Shown: piece by piece, positions 1 to 10,998 of the stretch
Position numbering within the stretch: the first letter of the stretch is position 1
How the letters are laid out: the number at the start of each line of letters is the position of its first letter
Notes under the pieces: generated by a model
The model's input: only the letters and a program-made list of their open reading frames with translations
The model's database searches: none
Told to the model about the DNA's origin: nothing
Program-made: the position numbers and the translations under genes
Source: an uncultured delta proteobacterium
GTDB lineage: Bacteria > Desulfobacterota > Binatia > Bin18
DNA length: 64,000 nt
NCBI GenBank assembly: GCA_963733195.1
Contig: CAVTCR010000081.1
Location: forward strand, 153,396-217,395
Direction of reading: 5' to 3'

Positions 1-13
1 CATTGGGGTTTCC

Positions 14-75
14 TTTCACGTTTCACGACATTACGCGTCACGTGAACGTAAAACGTGTTGCGTGAGACTGATACC
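14..75. repeat. Degenerate heptamer tandem array
   Basis: TTTCACG TTTCACG ... TAAAACG TGTTGCG TGAGAC. Confidence 0.6.
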
Positions 76-86
76 GTAGCTCTCGT

Positions 87-1277
87 TTAATTCCGCATCA
101 ACAAATTACTCACCGGCGCGACCATCGGCCCGGCGGCAACGAGGCACGTGCGCGCATTTTTCACCTGACACGTCGACGTGCCACGCATTTGTCGCACTCC
201 TTCGAGAACCAGTTCGAGACCATGCATGTACGCTTCGGCGAGGTTGCCACCGCTCGTGTTTAACGGCAGCTTGCCATTGGGCCACTCCAAATTGCCGTTG
301 GTACAAAATGCTTCAGCTTCTTCAGGTGCGCACAGGCCGTGTTCGACTAAGCTCATCAACACGCCACCTGTGAAGTTTTCGTATACTTGGGCGACATCAA
401 CATCTTTGGGTGTAATTCCTGCCATGCCAAAAAGCCGGGGAGCGAGCGTCTTAAAATTTGAGGTCGCATAGTCTGGGTCATTATGAGCAGCAGTCCATTG
501 ACGATAGCCTGAGCCTTGGGCAGCGGCCATAAGATAAACGGGCTTTTGTTGCAAGTCTCGCGCTCGTTCCGCAGTGGTGAGGACGACAGCCGCAGCTCCA
601 TCGTTCTCTAAGCAGCAATCAAACAGATGGAACGGTTCAACGATCCAGCGCGAATTGTAATACGACTCGCGAGTAAGTGGGCGACCGTACATAATCGCAC
701 GAGGATTTTGCTGCGCGTGTTTGTATGAAGCCAAAGCGATACCGCACAGCGCTTCTTGGCTAATCTTATGCTCGTACATGAACCGCTGTGTACGCATGGC
801 GAACATTTGCGCCGGGGACATCAGTCCGTAGGGCATTGAGTACGCCATTGGACCGCGTACACGTGCGCTGGCGTGACCTTGACCGAAGCGGCCAAATTGC
901 CCTTGGGCTAAGGCGCGAAAAGCCACGACATGCTTTGCATAACCTGCGACGACTGCTGCTGCAGCATTACCTACAGCCCCAGCGACACCGCCGCCACCAC
1001 CTCCCCAATGCATGTTGGAGAACTGAATCTGTGGGATTCCTAATGCTGCGGCAAGACGTACTGGGTCGTTACGATCATCACTGTACGAGGCAAAACCATC
1101 GATATCTTCAACTCGCAATCCCGCGTCAGCCACTGCCTTCTGAACCGCTTCCAGTGCAAGCTGAAACTCGCTCACTGGCGATTGTCCGGCTTTGTAGTAT
1201 CGCGTCTCGCCGATGCCGACGATGGCAACTTTGTCTTTGATAGTGTAGTCGGTCACAGCCCCTCCTTGATGGGTCAA
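87..1277 (-). CDS. Thiolase-like / SCP2-type lipid-transfer protein (acetyl-CoA acetyltransferase family)
   Basis: N-terminal VAIVGIGET, DCCLENDGAAAVV, DVAQVYENF and PLNTSGGNLAEAYMHG motifs; true start may be about 20 nt downstream. Confidence 0.85.
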   Translation of the reverse strand: MTHQGGAVTDYTIKDKVAIVGIGETRYYKAGQSPVSEFQLALEAVQKAVADAGLRVEDIDGFASYSDDRNDPVRLAAALGIPQIQFSNMHWGGGGGGVAGAVGNAAAAVVAGYAKHVVAFRALAQGQFGRFGQGHASARVRGPMAYSMPYGLMSPAQMFAMRTQRFMYEHKISQEALCGIALASYKHAQQNPRAIMYGRPLTRESYYNSRWIVEPFHLFDCCLENDGAAAVVLTTAERARDLQQKPVYLMAAAQGSGYRQWTAAHNDPDYATSNFKTLAPRLFGMAGITPKDVDVAQVYENFTGGVLMSLVEHGLCAPEEAEAFCTNGNLEWPNGKLPLNTSGGNLAEAYMHGLELVLEGVRQMRGTSTCQVKNARTCLVAAGPMVAPVSNLLMRN

Positions 1278-1297
1278 TCGATGGTAACACGGCGTGA

Positions 1298-1615
1298 TTA
1301 TGCCGCTTTTTGCTTCCGAGCAGCAGCGAAATCGATAATAACTTTTGCTGGCGGTAAATCCGGAATGGCAGTATGTTTGCCATGAAAAGGAAAGAGTATC
1401 TGATCAAGTTCCTGAGCCACTTCTCTAGAAAAGAAGGCTCGTCCGCATACCGGGCAGAGATCGGTCGGGATTTCTTCTACGATGACCTCAACCGCACTTC
1501 CTGTGCGGCGGAAAACCCGAGTAATCGTGTCGGATTGTAGTTGACCTGGGCAGTCGCTCAGGCAACGTCTTACTTGCGTTTTTTTCGTCGGCGTCTTTTC
1601 CAATCTGGTTGCCAT
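1298..1615 (-). CDS. YgiT-type zinc finger protein (putative antitoxin)
   Basis: C-x3-C-P-G ... VEEIPTDLCPVCGRAFFSREVA pattern; overlaps the upstream DUF4258-like gene. Confidence 0.7.
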   Translation of the reverse strand: MATRLEKTPTKKTQVRRCLSDCPGQLQSDTITRVFRRTGSAVEVIVEEIPTDLCPVCGRAFFSREVAQELDQILFPFHGKHTAIPDLPPAKVIIDFAAARKQKAA

Positions 1616-1890
1616 AATTTTGCATCAGGAACATAGGCAGTAACAACACTCGCTTCATCTGTTCCCGGGACGTACTCTAACACGATGTGGCATGGTATCC
1701 CATCGTCCCGGGTGAAATGTAAGAGAAGCCCACGCATCCCATAGTCTTCAATCAGTTCTCCATGGAAGACAGCTTCTTCAAGATCGTTGCTGGTTAAGCC
1801 GTCCTTTCTTCCTTCAATCAGGGCATGATCGACAAAGCGTAGGACAATTCTTCCTTGTGCAAGCAATCTGCGCACGCTGATGAGGTTCAT
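1570..1890 (-). CDS. DUF4258-family protein (putative RelE-like toxin)
   Basis: HA..E..KDG, GELIEDY, PCHIV and VVTAYVPD..W motifs. Confidence 0.75.
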   Translation of the reverse strand: MNLISVRRLLAQGRIVLRFVDHALIEGRKDGLTSNDLEEAVFHGELIEDYGMRGLLLHFTRDDGIPCHIVLEYVPGTDEASVVTAYVPDAKLWQPDWKRRRRKKRK

Positions 1891-1911
1891 GCGTTCCGAA
1901 TAGCCAGAAGG

Positions 1912-1980
1912 AACAGAGGCTGTAGACTAAAGGCGATTTTCTTTTCTCCCTCAAGCCTGCAGCCTCAAGCCTTTAGCCTA
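1912..1980. repeat. Degenerate heptamer tandem array
   Basis: AGAGGCT GTAGACT AAAGGCG ... CAAGCCT GCAGCCT CAAGCCT TTAGCCT. Confidence 0.7.
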
Positions 1981-2349
1981 TTTCTGTTTCGCATCAACTT
2001 CATCAAACACTTCTTTGGCGATACGCAGACCGTTCACACCGGTGGGCCAACCGCCATAGTGAGCGAGGTGGATCATCATTTCGTTGATTTTCTCTCGGCT
2101 AATTCCGGCATTGAGTCCGCCACGGATATGAACTTTCATCTCACGCTCACGAGCAAGCACGGTGAGTGCTGCGATAGTAATCATCGAGCGTTCCCTCAAT
2201 TCGAGACCTGGCCGGTTCCAGATATCGCCGAACAGATTTTCGACGGTCACCTTAAGAAAATCTTCCTGCATCATCCCAGGTTGCGGCTCGCGGCCAAACA
2301 ATTCTTTCATCTTGGCCACACCTTTTTGCCAGCGTTCTGATTCTGCCAT
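1978..2349 (-). CDS. Carboxymuconolactone decarboxylase family protein
   Basis: FGDIWNRPGL..RERSMITIAAL, H..G.LNAG and HLAHYGGWP motifs. Confidence 0.9.
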   Translation of the reverse strand: MAESERWQKGVAKMKELFGREPQPGMMQEDFLKVTVENLFGDIWNRPGLELRERSMITIAALTVLAREREMKVHIRGGLNAGISREKINEMMIHLAHYGGWPTGVNGLRIAKEVFDEVDAKQK

Positions 2350-2434
2350 ATCCTTTTCCTCCTTTGTTTTTTGCGTCTTTCACCCTTGCTAGCTAGGAAC
2401 CGGTTGTTTACTATCAGACCTGCTATTCGTCAGT

Positions 2435-2602
2435 CAAAGTCCTGAGAGCAATGAGACATAAGGACTGAGAACTGAGTAACGAGTGATGAGTAATGAATAA
2501 CGTGATACGTAGTGCGTAATGCGTGACCCCTCATTCCGCTTTTTACGTTTTACGCTCTGTGTCTTTATCGTTTTCGTCACGTTTCACGTAATACGTCATA
2601 CG
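2435..2602. repeat. Degenerate heptamer tandem array
   Basis: ACTGAGA ACTGAGT AACGAGT GATGAGT AATGAAT AACGTGA TACGTAG TGCGTAA TGCGTGA ... GTCACGT TTCACGT AATACGT CATACG. Confidence 0.8.
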
Positions 2603-2611
2603 AAAGACTCT

Positions 2612-2932
2612 ATGATTTCTGAAATTTCTGCCCAAGCACTCAAGAAGAGGATCACCGCTGGTGAAAAGCCAGTTTTGCTCGATGTTCGCGAGCCAGAGGA
2701 AGTGGCGATCGTTCGCCTTCCTGGCGCGGTGCATATCCCAATGGGTGAAGTGCCCGGACGTCTGCACGAACTCGATCCTGACAAGGAGATTATCGTGTAT
2801 TGCCATCATGGAGTGCGAAGCTTACGCGTCGCGCAGTTCCTGGCGCAGCGTGACTTTGACCGAGTAAGCAATTTAACTGGTGGTATCGACGCCTGGGCAA
2901 TAGAAGTCGAGCCGGGAATGGCACGATACTGA
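2612..2932 (+). CDS. Rhodanese-domain sulfurtransferase
   Basis: LLDVREPEE, VYCHHGVRS and NLTGGIDAW motifs; start placed at ATG 2612 because the ORF extension from 2519 is repeat-derived. Confidence 0.9.
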   Translation: MISEISAQALKKRITAGEKPVLLDVREPEEVAIVRLPGAVHIPMGEVPGRLHELDPDKEIIVYCHHGVRSLRVAQFLAQRDFDRVSNLTGGIDAWAIEVEPGMARY

Positions 2933-2934
2933 GA

Positions 2935-3030
2935 TAAGAATTCAGAATGTAGAATTCAGAATGCAGAATGAAAAAAGAAAGATTCTCCAATGCCTAATAC
3001 CCAACCCCCAACCCCTAACCCCCAGCACCC
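2935..3030. repeat. Degenerate heptamer tandem array running into the CaiB N-terminus
   Basis: AGAATTC AGAATGT AGAATTC AGAATGC AGAATGA ... CCCAACC CCCAACC CCTAACC CCCAGCA. Confidence 0.8.
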
Positions 3031-4222
3031 AGGCCCCCTGCAAGGTATTCGCGTCATCGAGTGTGGCAACATGGTGTCTGCCCCCTATGCGGCGAAGTTG
3101 ATGGCCGATTTGGGTGCGGAAGTGATTAAAGTCGAGTCCCTGGCTGGAGATGCCTCGCGTCGTCGGGGGCCGTATCCTGGCAACGTGCCGCATCCGGAAA
3201 AGAGTGGGACCTTCTTATACCTCAATACCAATAAACTCGGAGTGACACTCAATCTTGAAGCGGCGAAGGGGCAAGAGATTCTTCACCGCCTGGTGAAAGA
3301 TGCTGACCTGGTAATTCATAACTACCACCCGACGCATATGGCAGAGGTCGGTATGGATTATGACATCTTACGTCAAGTGAACCCGCGAGTGGTCATGACC
3401 TCGATTTCGCCGTTCGGGCAGACTGGTCCAAACCACAACCTCCATGCCCAAGAACTCACCATGTGGAGTGCAGGTGGCATTGTTTACCTCGGTGGCGTTT
3501 CTGGTCGTCCTGATATGCCGCCCCTGAAGACTTTTGGACACCAGGCTGGATTTCAGGGCGGTGTTAATGCTGCCAACGGTTCTTTAGCTGCGCTGTTTGG
3601 CCGCTTCCGCAGCGGCAAGGGGCAACATGTCGATATTTCGGTGCAGGAATGCCTCGTGGCGATTATGGAGAATAACTACATCTCCTGGCCGTACGATCAT
3701 AGTGTCGCCTCACGCCTTGGTTTTCGCCTGATCCCACAGGATATGTTTCAGTGCCGGGACGGTTTCATTTATTTCTTGGCGATTGAAGATCATCAATGGA
3801 AAGGTGCCGTTGAATTGATGGGCAACCCAGACTGGGCAGCGATGGACATTTTTCAAGATTTTCCCTCGCGTTCAGCCAACTGGGATGTACTGAAAACGTT
3901 GCTCGAAGAATGGATGGCCGACAAATCGGTACAGGAAGTTTACCATGCTGCGCAAGCGCGCCGGGTGCCGTTTGCGCCGGTGTCGACCATGGGTGACCTG
4001 ATTGCCTCAAAGCATCTGAATGCCCGTGGTTTCTTCGCTGAAATTGCTCATCCGCAAACTGGCAACCTGAAATACCCCGGTGCACCGTATCGTTTCTCGG
4101 CGACGCCATGGGCGTTGCGACAGCCTGCACCGTGCCTCGGACAGCACAACAGTGAGGTGTATGGTCGTATTGGCTTATCACAAACTGAGATCGATGAATT
4201 AAAGAAGCAAGGAGTGATCTAA
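2990..4222 (+). CDS. CaiB/BaiF family III CoA-transferase
   Basis: GPLQGIRVIE, LADLGAEVIKVE-like, G.GQHVDIS and PAPCLGQH motifs. Confidence 0.92.
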   Translation: MPNTQPPTPNPQHPGPLQGIRVIECGNMVSAPYAAKLMADLGAEVIKVESLAGDASRRRGPYPGNVPHPEKSGTFLYLNTNKLGVTLNLEAAKGQEILHRLVKDADLVIHNYHPTHMAEVGMDYDILRQVNPRVVMTSISPFGQTGPNHNLHAQELTMWSAGGIVYLGGVSGRPDMPPLKTFGHQAGFQGGVNAANGSLAALFGRFRSGKGQHVDISVQECLVAIMENNYISWPYDHSVASRLGFRLIPQDMFQCRDGFIYFLAIEDHQWKGAVELMGNPDWAAMDIFQDFPSRSANWDVLKTLLEEWMADKSVQEVYHAAQARRVPFAPVSTMGDLIASKHLNARGFFAEIAHPQTGNLKYPGAPYRFSATPWALRQPAPCLGQHNSEVYGRIGLSQTEIDELKKQGVI

Positions 4223-4286
4223 GAGGTGAAACGTTAAAGCGTGAAACGTGAACGTACCACGTAACACGCATCACGGATTTCGCATT
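4223..4286. repeat. Degenerate heptamer tandem array
   Basis: TGAAACG TTAAAGCG TGAAACG TGAACG ... CACGTAA CACGCAT CACGGAT. Confidence 0.7.
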
Positions 4287-4304
4287 ATATGATGGTTAAA
4301 ATTC

Positions 4305-5522
4305 ATGCCAGACGATTTGCCGTTATCAGGAGTTCGCATCGCAGATTTTACCTGGGTGTGGGCTGGACCGTTTGCCACCCTGCAGCTTGCGCACCTGGGA
4401 GCAGAAGTCATTCGCATTGAAACGCAGAACCGCGTGTGTGTCACACGCCGGATTCCGCCGTTTGCCGAAGGGCAAGCGGGGGTGAACCGTAGCGGCTACT
4501 ACAATCAATACAACCAGGGCAAAGAATCGATCTTCCTTAACCTCAAAGACCCGCAAGCCCTGGAGATTGCCAAGAAGCTCGTCGCTGCAAGTGATGTCGT
4601 TAGCGAAAACTTTGCCGCTGGAGTGATGGACAAAATGGGCCTCAGCTACGAGGTCATGCGCAAGATCAAGTCGGACATCATCATGATCTCCATGTCTGGC
4701 TATGGCGCAGTCGGACCAGAAAGTCCGTATGTATCGTATGGACCAGCACAAGCACCGCTGAGTGGATTGTCTTCGCTAACGGGCTTTCCCGACTTTCCAC
4801 CCATGCATGTCGGCTTTTCGTATGGCGATCCGAACGGTGGCTTGCATGGCGCGTTCGCGGTTCTCGCTGCACTCATGCATCGCGCTCGTACCGGTGAGGG
4901 GCAATACATCGATCTGTCGCAATGGGAATCCTCAATCGCCGTGATTGGCGAAGGGATGATGGCGCAGACGATGAACGGTGCTCCTCTTCCACGCATTGGC
5001 AATCGCGATCCGTACATGTCTCCACACGGTTTGTTTCGCTGTCAAGGCGAAGACCGTTGGGTGAGTATTGTCGTTACCAACGAAGAAGAATGGCAGCGAT
5101 TCTGCCAGGGTAGTGGACAGCCTGGACTCGCGACGGACGCTCGTTTTGGCTCACTTGCTGAGCGCAAAACGAATGAAGATGTATTGGAGAATCTGATTAC
5201 TGCTTGGACAGAAACGCTGACCGCTGAAGAGGTGACAGCGAAGTTACAAGCAGTCGGTGTAGCTGCGTTTCCTGCTGTCACCAACAAGGAATTAGCCGAA
5301 GACCCGCATTTGCAGGATCGCGGATTCTTCGTCGAATTGCCCCATCCTGAGGTGGGAGTACGTCGGCATGCTGGGGTGCCGTGGATGTTCTCTGATACGC
5401 CGTGCCAAGTGCGACGACCTGCTCCGTGTGGCGGGCAAGATACGGACGACGTTCTGCAGCGCGTTCTCGGATATTCCGCAGACGAGGTTGCTGCGTTCCG
5501 AACGAAGGGTGTTTTGACCTAG
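4305..5522 (+). CDS. CaiB/BaiF family III CoA-transferase (second subunit or paralogue)
   Basis: PLSGVRIADFTWVWAGP, LGAEVIRIE, YGD and TGEGQYIDLS motifs. Confidence 0.92.
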   Translation: MPDDLPLSGVRIADFTWVWAGPFATLQLAHLGAEVIRIETQNRVCVTRRIPPFAEGQAGVNRSGYYNQYNQGKESIFLNLKDPQALEIAKKLVAASDVVSENFAAGVMDKMGLSYEVMRKIKSDIIMISMSGYGAVGPESPYVSYGPAQAPLSGLSSLTGFPDFPPMHVGFSYGDPNGGLHGAFAVLAALMHRARTGEGQYIDLSQWESSIAVIGEGMMAQTMNGAPLPRIGNRDPYMSPHGLFRCQGEDRWVSIVVTNEEEWQRFCQGSGQPGLATDARFGSLAERKTNEDVLENLITAWTETLTAEEVTAKLQAVGVAAFPAVTNKELAEDPHLQDRGFFVELPHPEVGVRRHAGVPWMFSDTPCQVRRPAPCGGQDTDDVLQRVLGYSADEVAAFRTKGVLT

Positions 5523-5531
5523 GAAAAGATC

Positions 5532-6044
5532 ATGGCAGTCAAAAGGCAAAGAGACAGTCGAGAGTCCAAGGTCCAAGATCTAGAGTCTTTCGCATTACGC
5601 ATTACGTGTTACGTGTTACGCACCCTTTGGCCTTTGGACTTGAGACTTTGGACTTCGTTCGTATTGCTATGGTTGTTCCTTACTCCGATTAGCGCTGCTG
5701 CGCAAATGACGGGTGGGGGATGGACGATAAGCCTCTACGGTATGGTACAGGTTGAGCCAGGCAATGGTGTTACCACGCTGAAAGTCAGAGACGAACACAT
5801 CCGTTTCGTCATTCATAACATCCAGTGTTCCGATCGAAACTTTTCAACCGGGCGTTTCCTGTCGGATGTGACCAATAGAGAGCCAGGTCTCTACATCAAA
5901 GGTCCGGAAGAATGGTTGGATTTGTTGATTAACGAACGTCCGGGCAAACGTGTCCTGCAAATGCGCGGGGCCTACTACCCAGACTCGCGCATGTTGCTCC
6001 TTCATAAGCTGGAACGATTTCAGGGAACACCGATACCAAAGTAG
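5532..6044 (+). CDS. Hypothetical exported protein; N-terminus built largely from heptamer repeats
   Basis: ORF with hydrophobic stretch ending ISAAA-Q (signal peptide-like); immediately upstream of gspE. Confidence 0.55.
   Translation: MAVKRQRDSRESKVQDLESFALRITCYVLRTLWPLDLRLWTSFVLLWLFLTPISAAAQMTGGGWTISLYGMVQVEPGNGVTTLKVRDEHIRFVIHNIQCSDRNFSTGRFLSDVTNREPGLYIKGPEEWLDLLINERPGKRVLQMRGAYYPDSRMLLLHKLERFQGTPIPK
5537..5657. repeat. Degenerate heptamer tandem array
   Basis: GAGTCCA AGGTCCA AGATCTA ... TTACGCA TTACGTG TTACGTG TTACGCA ... TTTGGCC TTTGGAC TTGAGAC TTTGGAC. Confidence 0.8.
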
Positions 6045-6096
6045 TGAGCCTCTCCGGCTTTTGCCTTGGTCCAAAGCATGGTAACATCCCTACCTA

Positions 6097-7821
<1,725 letters not shown>

Positions 7822-7870
7822 AGGATGGGGAGAACAAACCCCTAATTCCTCACCTCCACCTCTAGAAGAT

Positions 7871-9100
7871 ATGCCTATCTACGCATATACAGGGTTAACC
7901 TCACAAGGCCGAACGGTCGCGGGCGTGATCGATGCCGATAGTCCCAAGACTGCCCGGGTGTCGTTACGTCGTACAGGGATTTTCCCGACCGCTGTTCATG
8001 AAGAGCAGGCAAATCGAACCACGGCGACTGGGAGCACTCTAGACACCTCTGGCTACGGGTTTGGCCGTATATCGGCACAAGATTTAGCACTGCTGACGCG
8101 ACAGTTTGCGACACTGACTAAAGCGGGACTGGCGCTCATTGAGTGCTTAGGGACGCTTATTGATCAGGTGGAGCAGGTACGCCTCAAACGTGTTCTAACC
8201 CACGTGCGTCAACAGGTGCGTGAAGGGAGATCCTTAGCCGATGCTTTGCAGGCTCATCCCCGAGTGTTCTCCGGAATCTATGTAAACATGGTACGTGCGG
8301 GAGAGGAAAGTGGGACTCTCGAAGCGGTCCTAGCACGATTGGCCGACTACAATGAAAGTCAAGCTCGTCTTCTGCGCACCGTGCAGTCTGCGCTCACATA
8401 CCCTGTAATCATGATTGTCGTATCCCTCGCCATCCTCATTTTTCTGTTGACGTATGTGGTCCCTCAAGTCACACGGATTTTTACCGAAACCGGTCGTCCA
8501 TTGCCGCTCGCTACACGGATCCTACTTAGTTGTTCTTCATTTTTTGCTGACTACTGGTGGAGCCTGCTTTTGGCCCTCGCGGTTGGAGGACTAGTCGCTG
8601 CACGACTCATCCGCACCCCAAAAGGACGCGAGTGGTACGATCGTACGCTTTTACGGCTACCGTGGGTGGGGCGCCTGTTTCAGCGTCTGAACGTTGCTCG
8701 CTTTGCCCGTACGTTAAGCACGTTACTTGCCAGCGGAGTGCCAATCCTAACAGCACTCAGTATTGTGACACATTTACTAAGTAACTCCGTGTTGCGGCGT
8801 GCGGTAGAAGGCGCGCGTGCCAGCGTTCAGGAAGGGGAGAGTTTAGCCGCACCGCTGCGGCGGAGTGGTCTTTTTCCTGCTTTGCTGACACAGATGATTG
8901 CTGTCGGGGAGCGGAGTGGGGAGCTAGAGGGTATGTTGGCACGGGCTGCGGATGCGTATGATGAGGAGGTCACTGTCGCCCTCTCGCGGCTGACGAGTCT
9001 GTTGGAACCTCTCACTATTCTGCTGATGGGTGGAGTCATCTTGTTTATCGTGTTGGCGATTCTCCTACCGATCTTTGACCTGAACCAATTAGTGCATTGA
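7871..9100 (+). CDS. gspF: Type II secretion inner membrane platform protein GspF
   Basis: MPIYAY start, TRQFATL, AGEESGTL, ALTYP, GERSGEL and LEP motifs. Confidence 0.93.
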   Translation: MPIYAYTGLTSQGRTVAGVIDADSPKTARVSLRRTGIFPTAVHEEQANRTTATGSTLDTSGYGFGRISAQDLALLTRQFATLTKAGLALIECLGTLIDQVEQVRLKRVLTHVRQQVREGRSLADALQAHPRVFSGIYVNMVRAGEESGTLEAVLARLADYNESQARLLRTVQSALTYPVIMIVVSLAILIFLLTYVVPQVTRIFTETGRPLPLATRILLSCSSFFADYWWSLLLALAVGGLVAARLIRTPKGREWYDRTLLRLPWVGRLFQRLNVARFARTLSTLLASGVPILTALSIVTHLLSNSVLRRAVEGARASVQEGESLAAPLRRSGLFPALLTQMIAVGERSGELEGMLARAADAYDEEVTVALSRLTSLLEPLTILLMGGVILFIVLAILLPIFDLNQLVH

Positions 9101-9705
9101 TGCATAGGCAGGGCCTTGCTAAGCTAACTATGGTTGTTGAGGAGGTGGTATGGCGGTATCAAAGTTCAGAGTTCAAAGTTCAAAGTCCAGAGTTCAAAAC
9201 TTTAAAGTCTCTAGTTTCTGGCTTCTGGTTCAAAGTCCAGAGTCCAGAGTCCGAACCTCAGCCTACTGGCTACTGGCTACTGGCTACTGACTACCGTTCC
9301 CGCGGCTTCACCCTCATCGAAATCATGGTGGTGGTGTTTATCTTAGGACTATTGGTGACTTTAGTCGCGCCAAAAGTGATGGGGAGAACCGACGAGGCAA
9401 AGCGGACGAAAGCAGCGGCAGACCTGCGTGCCGTGCAGCAAGCGCTGAATCTCTATCGTCTCGATAATGGCGGCTATCCCACCACCGACCAGGGGTTACA
9501 GGCCCTGGTGACGAAGCCCCAGAATGGAGCGATCCCACAACGTTGGAATCCTGAGGGGTATCTCGAAAAGATGCAGACCGATCCTTGGGGCCATCCGTAC
9601 ATGTATCTGAGCAATGGCGAACGCTATTCACTGAAGTCGCTTGGCGCAGATGGTGAGGAAGGTGGGGACGGAAAGTATGCAGATTTGGATAGTCGAGACT
9701 TATAG
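9100..9705 (+). CDS. gspG: Major pseudopilin GspG with abnormally long repeat-derived leader
   Basis: RGFTLIEIMVV methylation site, YRLDNGGYPTT.QGL.AL and DPWG..Y motifs; ATG 9100 overlaps the gspF stop (TGATG). Confidence 0.93.
   Translation: MHRQGLAKLTMVVEEVVWRYQSSEFKVQSPEFKTLKSLVSGFWFKVQSPESEPQPTGYWLLATDYRSRGFTLIEIMVVVFILGLLVTLVAPKVMGRTDEAKRTKAAADLRAVQQALNLYRLDNGGYPTTDQGLQALVTKPQNGAIPQRWNPEGYLEKMQTDPWGHPYMYLSNGERYSLKSLGADGEEGGDGKYADLDSRDL
9161..9299. repeat. Heptamer array in the gspG leader
   Basis: AAAGTTC AGAGTTC AAAGTTC AAAGTCC AGAGTTC ... AGAGTCC AGAGTCC ... (ACTGGCT)3 ACTGACT. Confidence 0.85.
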
Positions 9706-10325
9706 GGAGGAAGGAGGGAAACGGCGAAACAGGGAAACGGCGAAAGGGCGACGAACGATCTCTTTACTGTTTCACGTTTCATGTCTCTGACCCAAGCCTC
9801 AAGCCTCAAGCCTCAAACCCCAAAGGTTTTACCCTCCTCGAACTCTCCCTTGTCTTGTTCATCATTGGACTGTTAGTGACGATTCTTCTTCCTCGTTTTG
9901 GCGATATTGGTGGAGCACGTTTGGAGAGCAGTGCCCGGCGGCTGGCTGCATTAGTGCGCTACCTGAATGGCGAAGCAGCCTTCAGTGGTCAGGTTTACCG
10001 AATTAGTTATGACCTAGGGGAGCAGTCCTACGCGGTGCAGGTGTTAGTGCCGTCCCGTAGAGCAACCGAGTTCGTGGCTGATTCATCGCCGATGTCGCAG
10101 CCGGTGAGGCTACCGTCGGGTATCGCTTTTGCTGATATTCGCGTTTCCCAGGCTGGGCGGATGAATGCGGGGCAAGTGTTCACGCACTTTTATCCGCAGG
10201 GGTATGTTGACCCGACAGTAGTGCATTTGCGCGACCAACAGGCACGGATGATGACCGTAATAATCCCGCCAATCACCGGCGAGGCGAAGGTGTATGAAGG
10301 GTATGTGGATGGAACGAACCGATAG
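9677..10325 (+). CDS. gspH: Minor pseudopilin GspH; 5' leader is out of frame in this assembly
   Basis: KGFTLLELSLVLFIIGLL starts at 9822-9825 in frame with ORF 9855-10325; no in-frame ATG after the TAG at 9690; likely start ATG 9677 overlaps the gspG end. Confidence 0.8.
9712..9821. repeat. Heptamer array in the gspH leader
   Basis: GAAACGGC GAAACAGG GAAACGGC GAAAGGGC (8-mers) ... (AAGCCTC)3 AAACCCC. Confidence 0.8.
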
Positions 10326-10848
10326 GCGTTTGGAGTTCAGAGTCCAGGACCAAAAGTTCGAGGTTCGAGGTTCGAGGTTCGAGGTCCAAAGATATTCAAA
10401 GTTCAAAGTTCGGAGTTCAAAGTCTACGCATCACGCAACACGCAACACGCAACACGGTTCAAGTCCCCAGTCCCCAGTCCCAAGCCCCAAGGGCTTTACC
10501 CTCCTCGAAGTCCTTGTCGCGCTGGCCGTCCTTGCTGTCGCGCTGGTAGGCTTGCTTGGCTTACACAATCGAAACCTGCTGCTGATGATACGAGCAGAGC
10601 GGCTGAGCACTGCGACTTTGCTTGCGCGCGAGGTGCTCACGCGTACGCAGCTAGAAGGTCAAAACGCTGCGAAGGTGACAAATGGTGACTTCTCTGCCTT
10701 TCATCCAGGTCAATATTCAGAGTTCCGTTGGCGTCGGACGGTGCGCCCCGCGCCAGTCGAAGGATTATGGGAACTCCGAGTTAATGTTTTGTGGGGAGAA
10801 CGGGAAGACGAACGGTGCGAGTTGACGCTGTTTACACCGTTGAGCTGA
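10294..10848 (+). CDS. gspI: Minor pseudopilin GspI with long repeat-derived leader
   Basis: KGFTLLEVLVALAVLA motif; operon position. Confidence 0.85.
   Translation: MKGMWMERTDRRLEFRVQDQKFEVRGSRFEVQRYSKFKVRSSKSTHHATRNTQHGSSPQSPVPSPKGFTLLEVLVALAVLAVALVGLLGLHNRNLLLMIRAERLSTATLLAREVLTRTQLEGQNAAKVTNGDFSAFHPGQYSEFRWRRTVRPAPVEGLWELRVNVLWGEREDERCELTLFTPLS
10325..10491. repeat. Heptamer array in the gspI leader
   Basis: GGAGTTC AGAGTCC ... (GAGGTTC)2 GAGGTCC ... (AAAGTTC)2 ... (ACGCAAC)3 ... (CAGTCCC)2 AAGCCCC. Confidence 0.85.
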
Positions 10849-10851
10849 AGA

Positions 10852-10998
10852 AAGTAGTCAGGAGCCAGTAGGAAAAAACGATGAACACGGAACGATGAAT
10901 GATGAACGGAGAACAGAATCCCTCTTTAATTCAGCAGTCAGGCTTCGGCATTCTGCGTTCCCGCTGTGCTGGCTACTGGCTACTGGCTACTGGCTACT
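10852..10998. repeat. Heptamer array at the gspI-gspJ junction and in the gspJ leader
   Basis: GTAGTCA GGAGCCA GTAG ... GAACGAT GAATGAT GAACG ... GCTGGCT (ACTGGCT)3. Confidence 0.8.

Noticed and set aside
2519-2611. N-terminal hydrophobic extension on the rhodanese ORF
   Set aside because: It is translated heptamer repeat; the domain begins at ATG 2612
2612-2932. Rhodanese as a selenium carrier linked to selB/selD
   Set aside because: It is 13 kb away in a CoA-transferase operon, and nothing in the sequence supports the link
9161-10998. Repeat tracts as a CRISPR array
   Set aside because: Units are 7 nt and contiguous, with no 25-45-nt repeats separated by unique spacers and no cas genes
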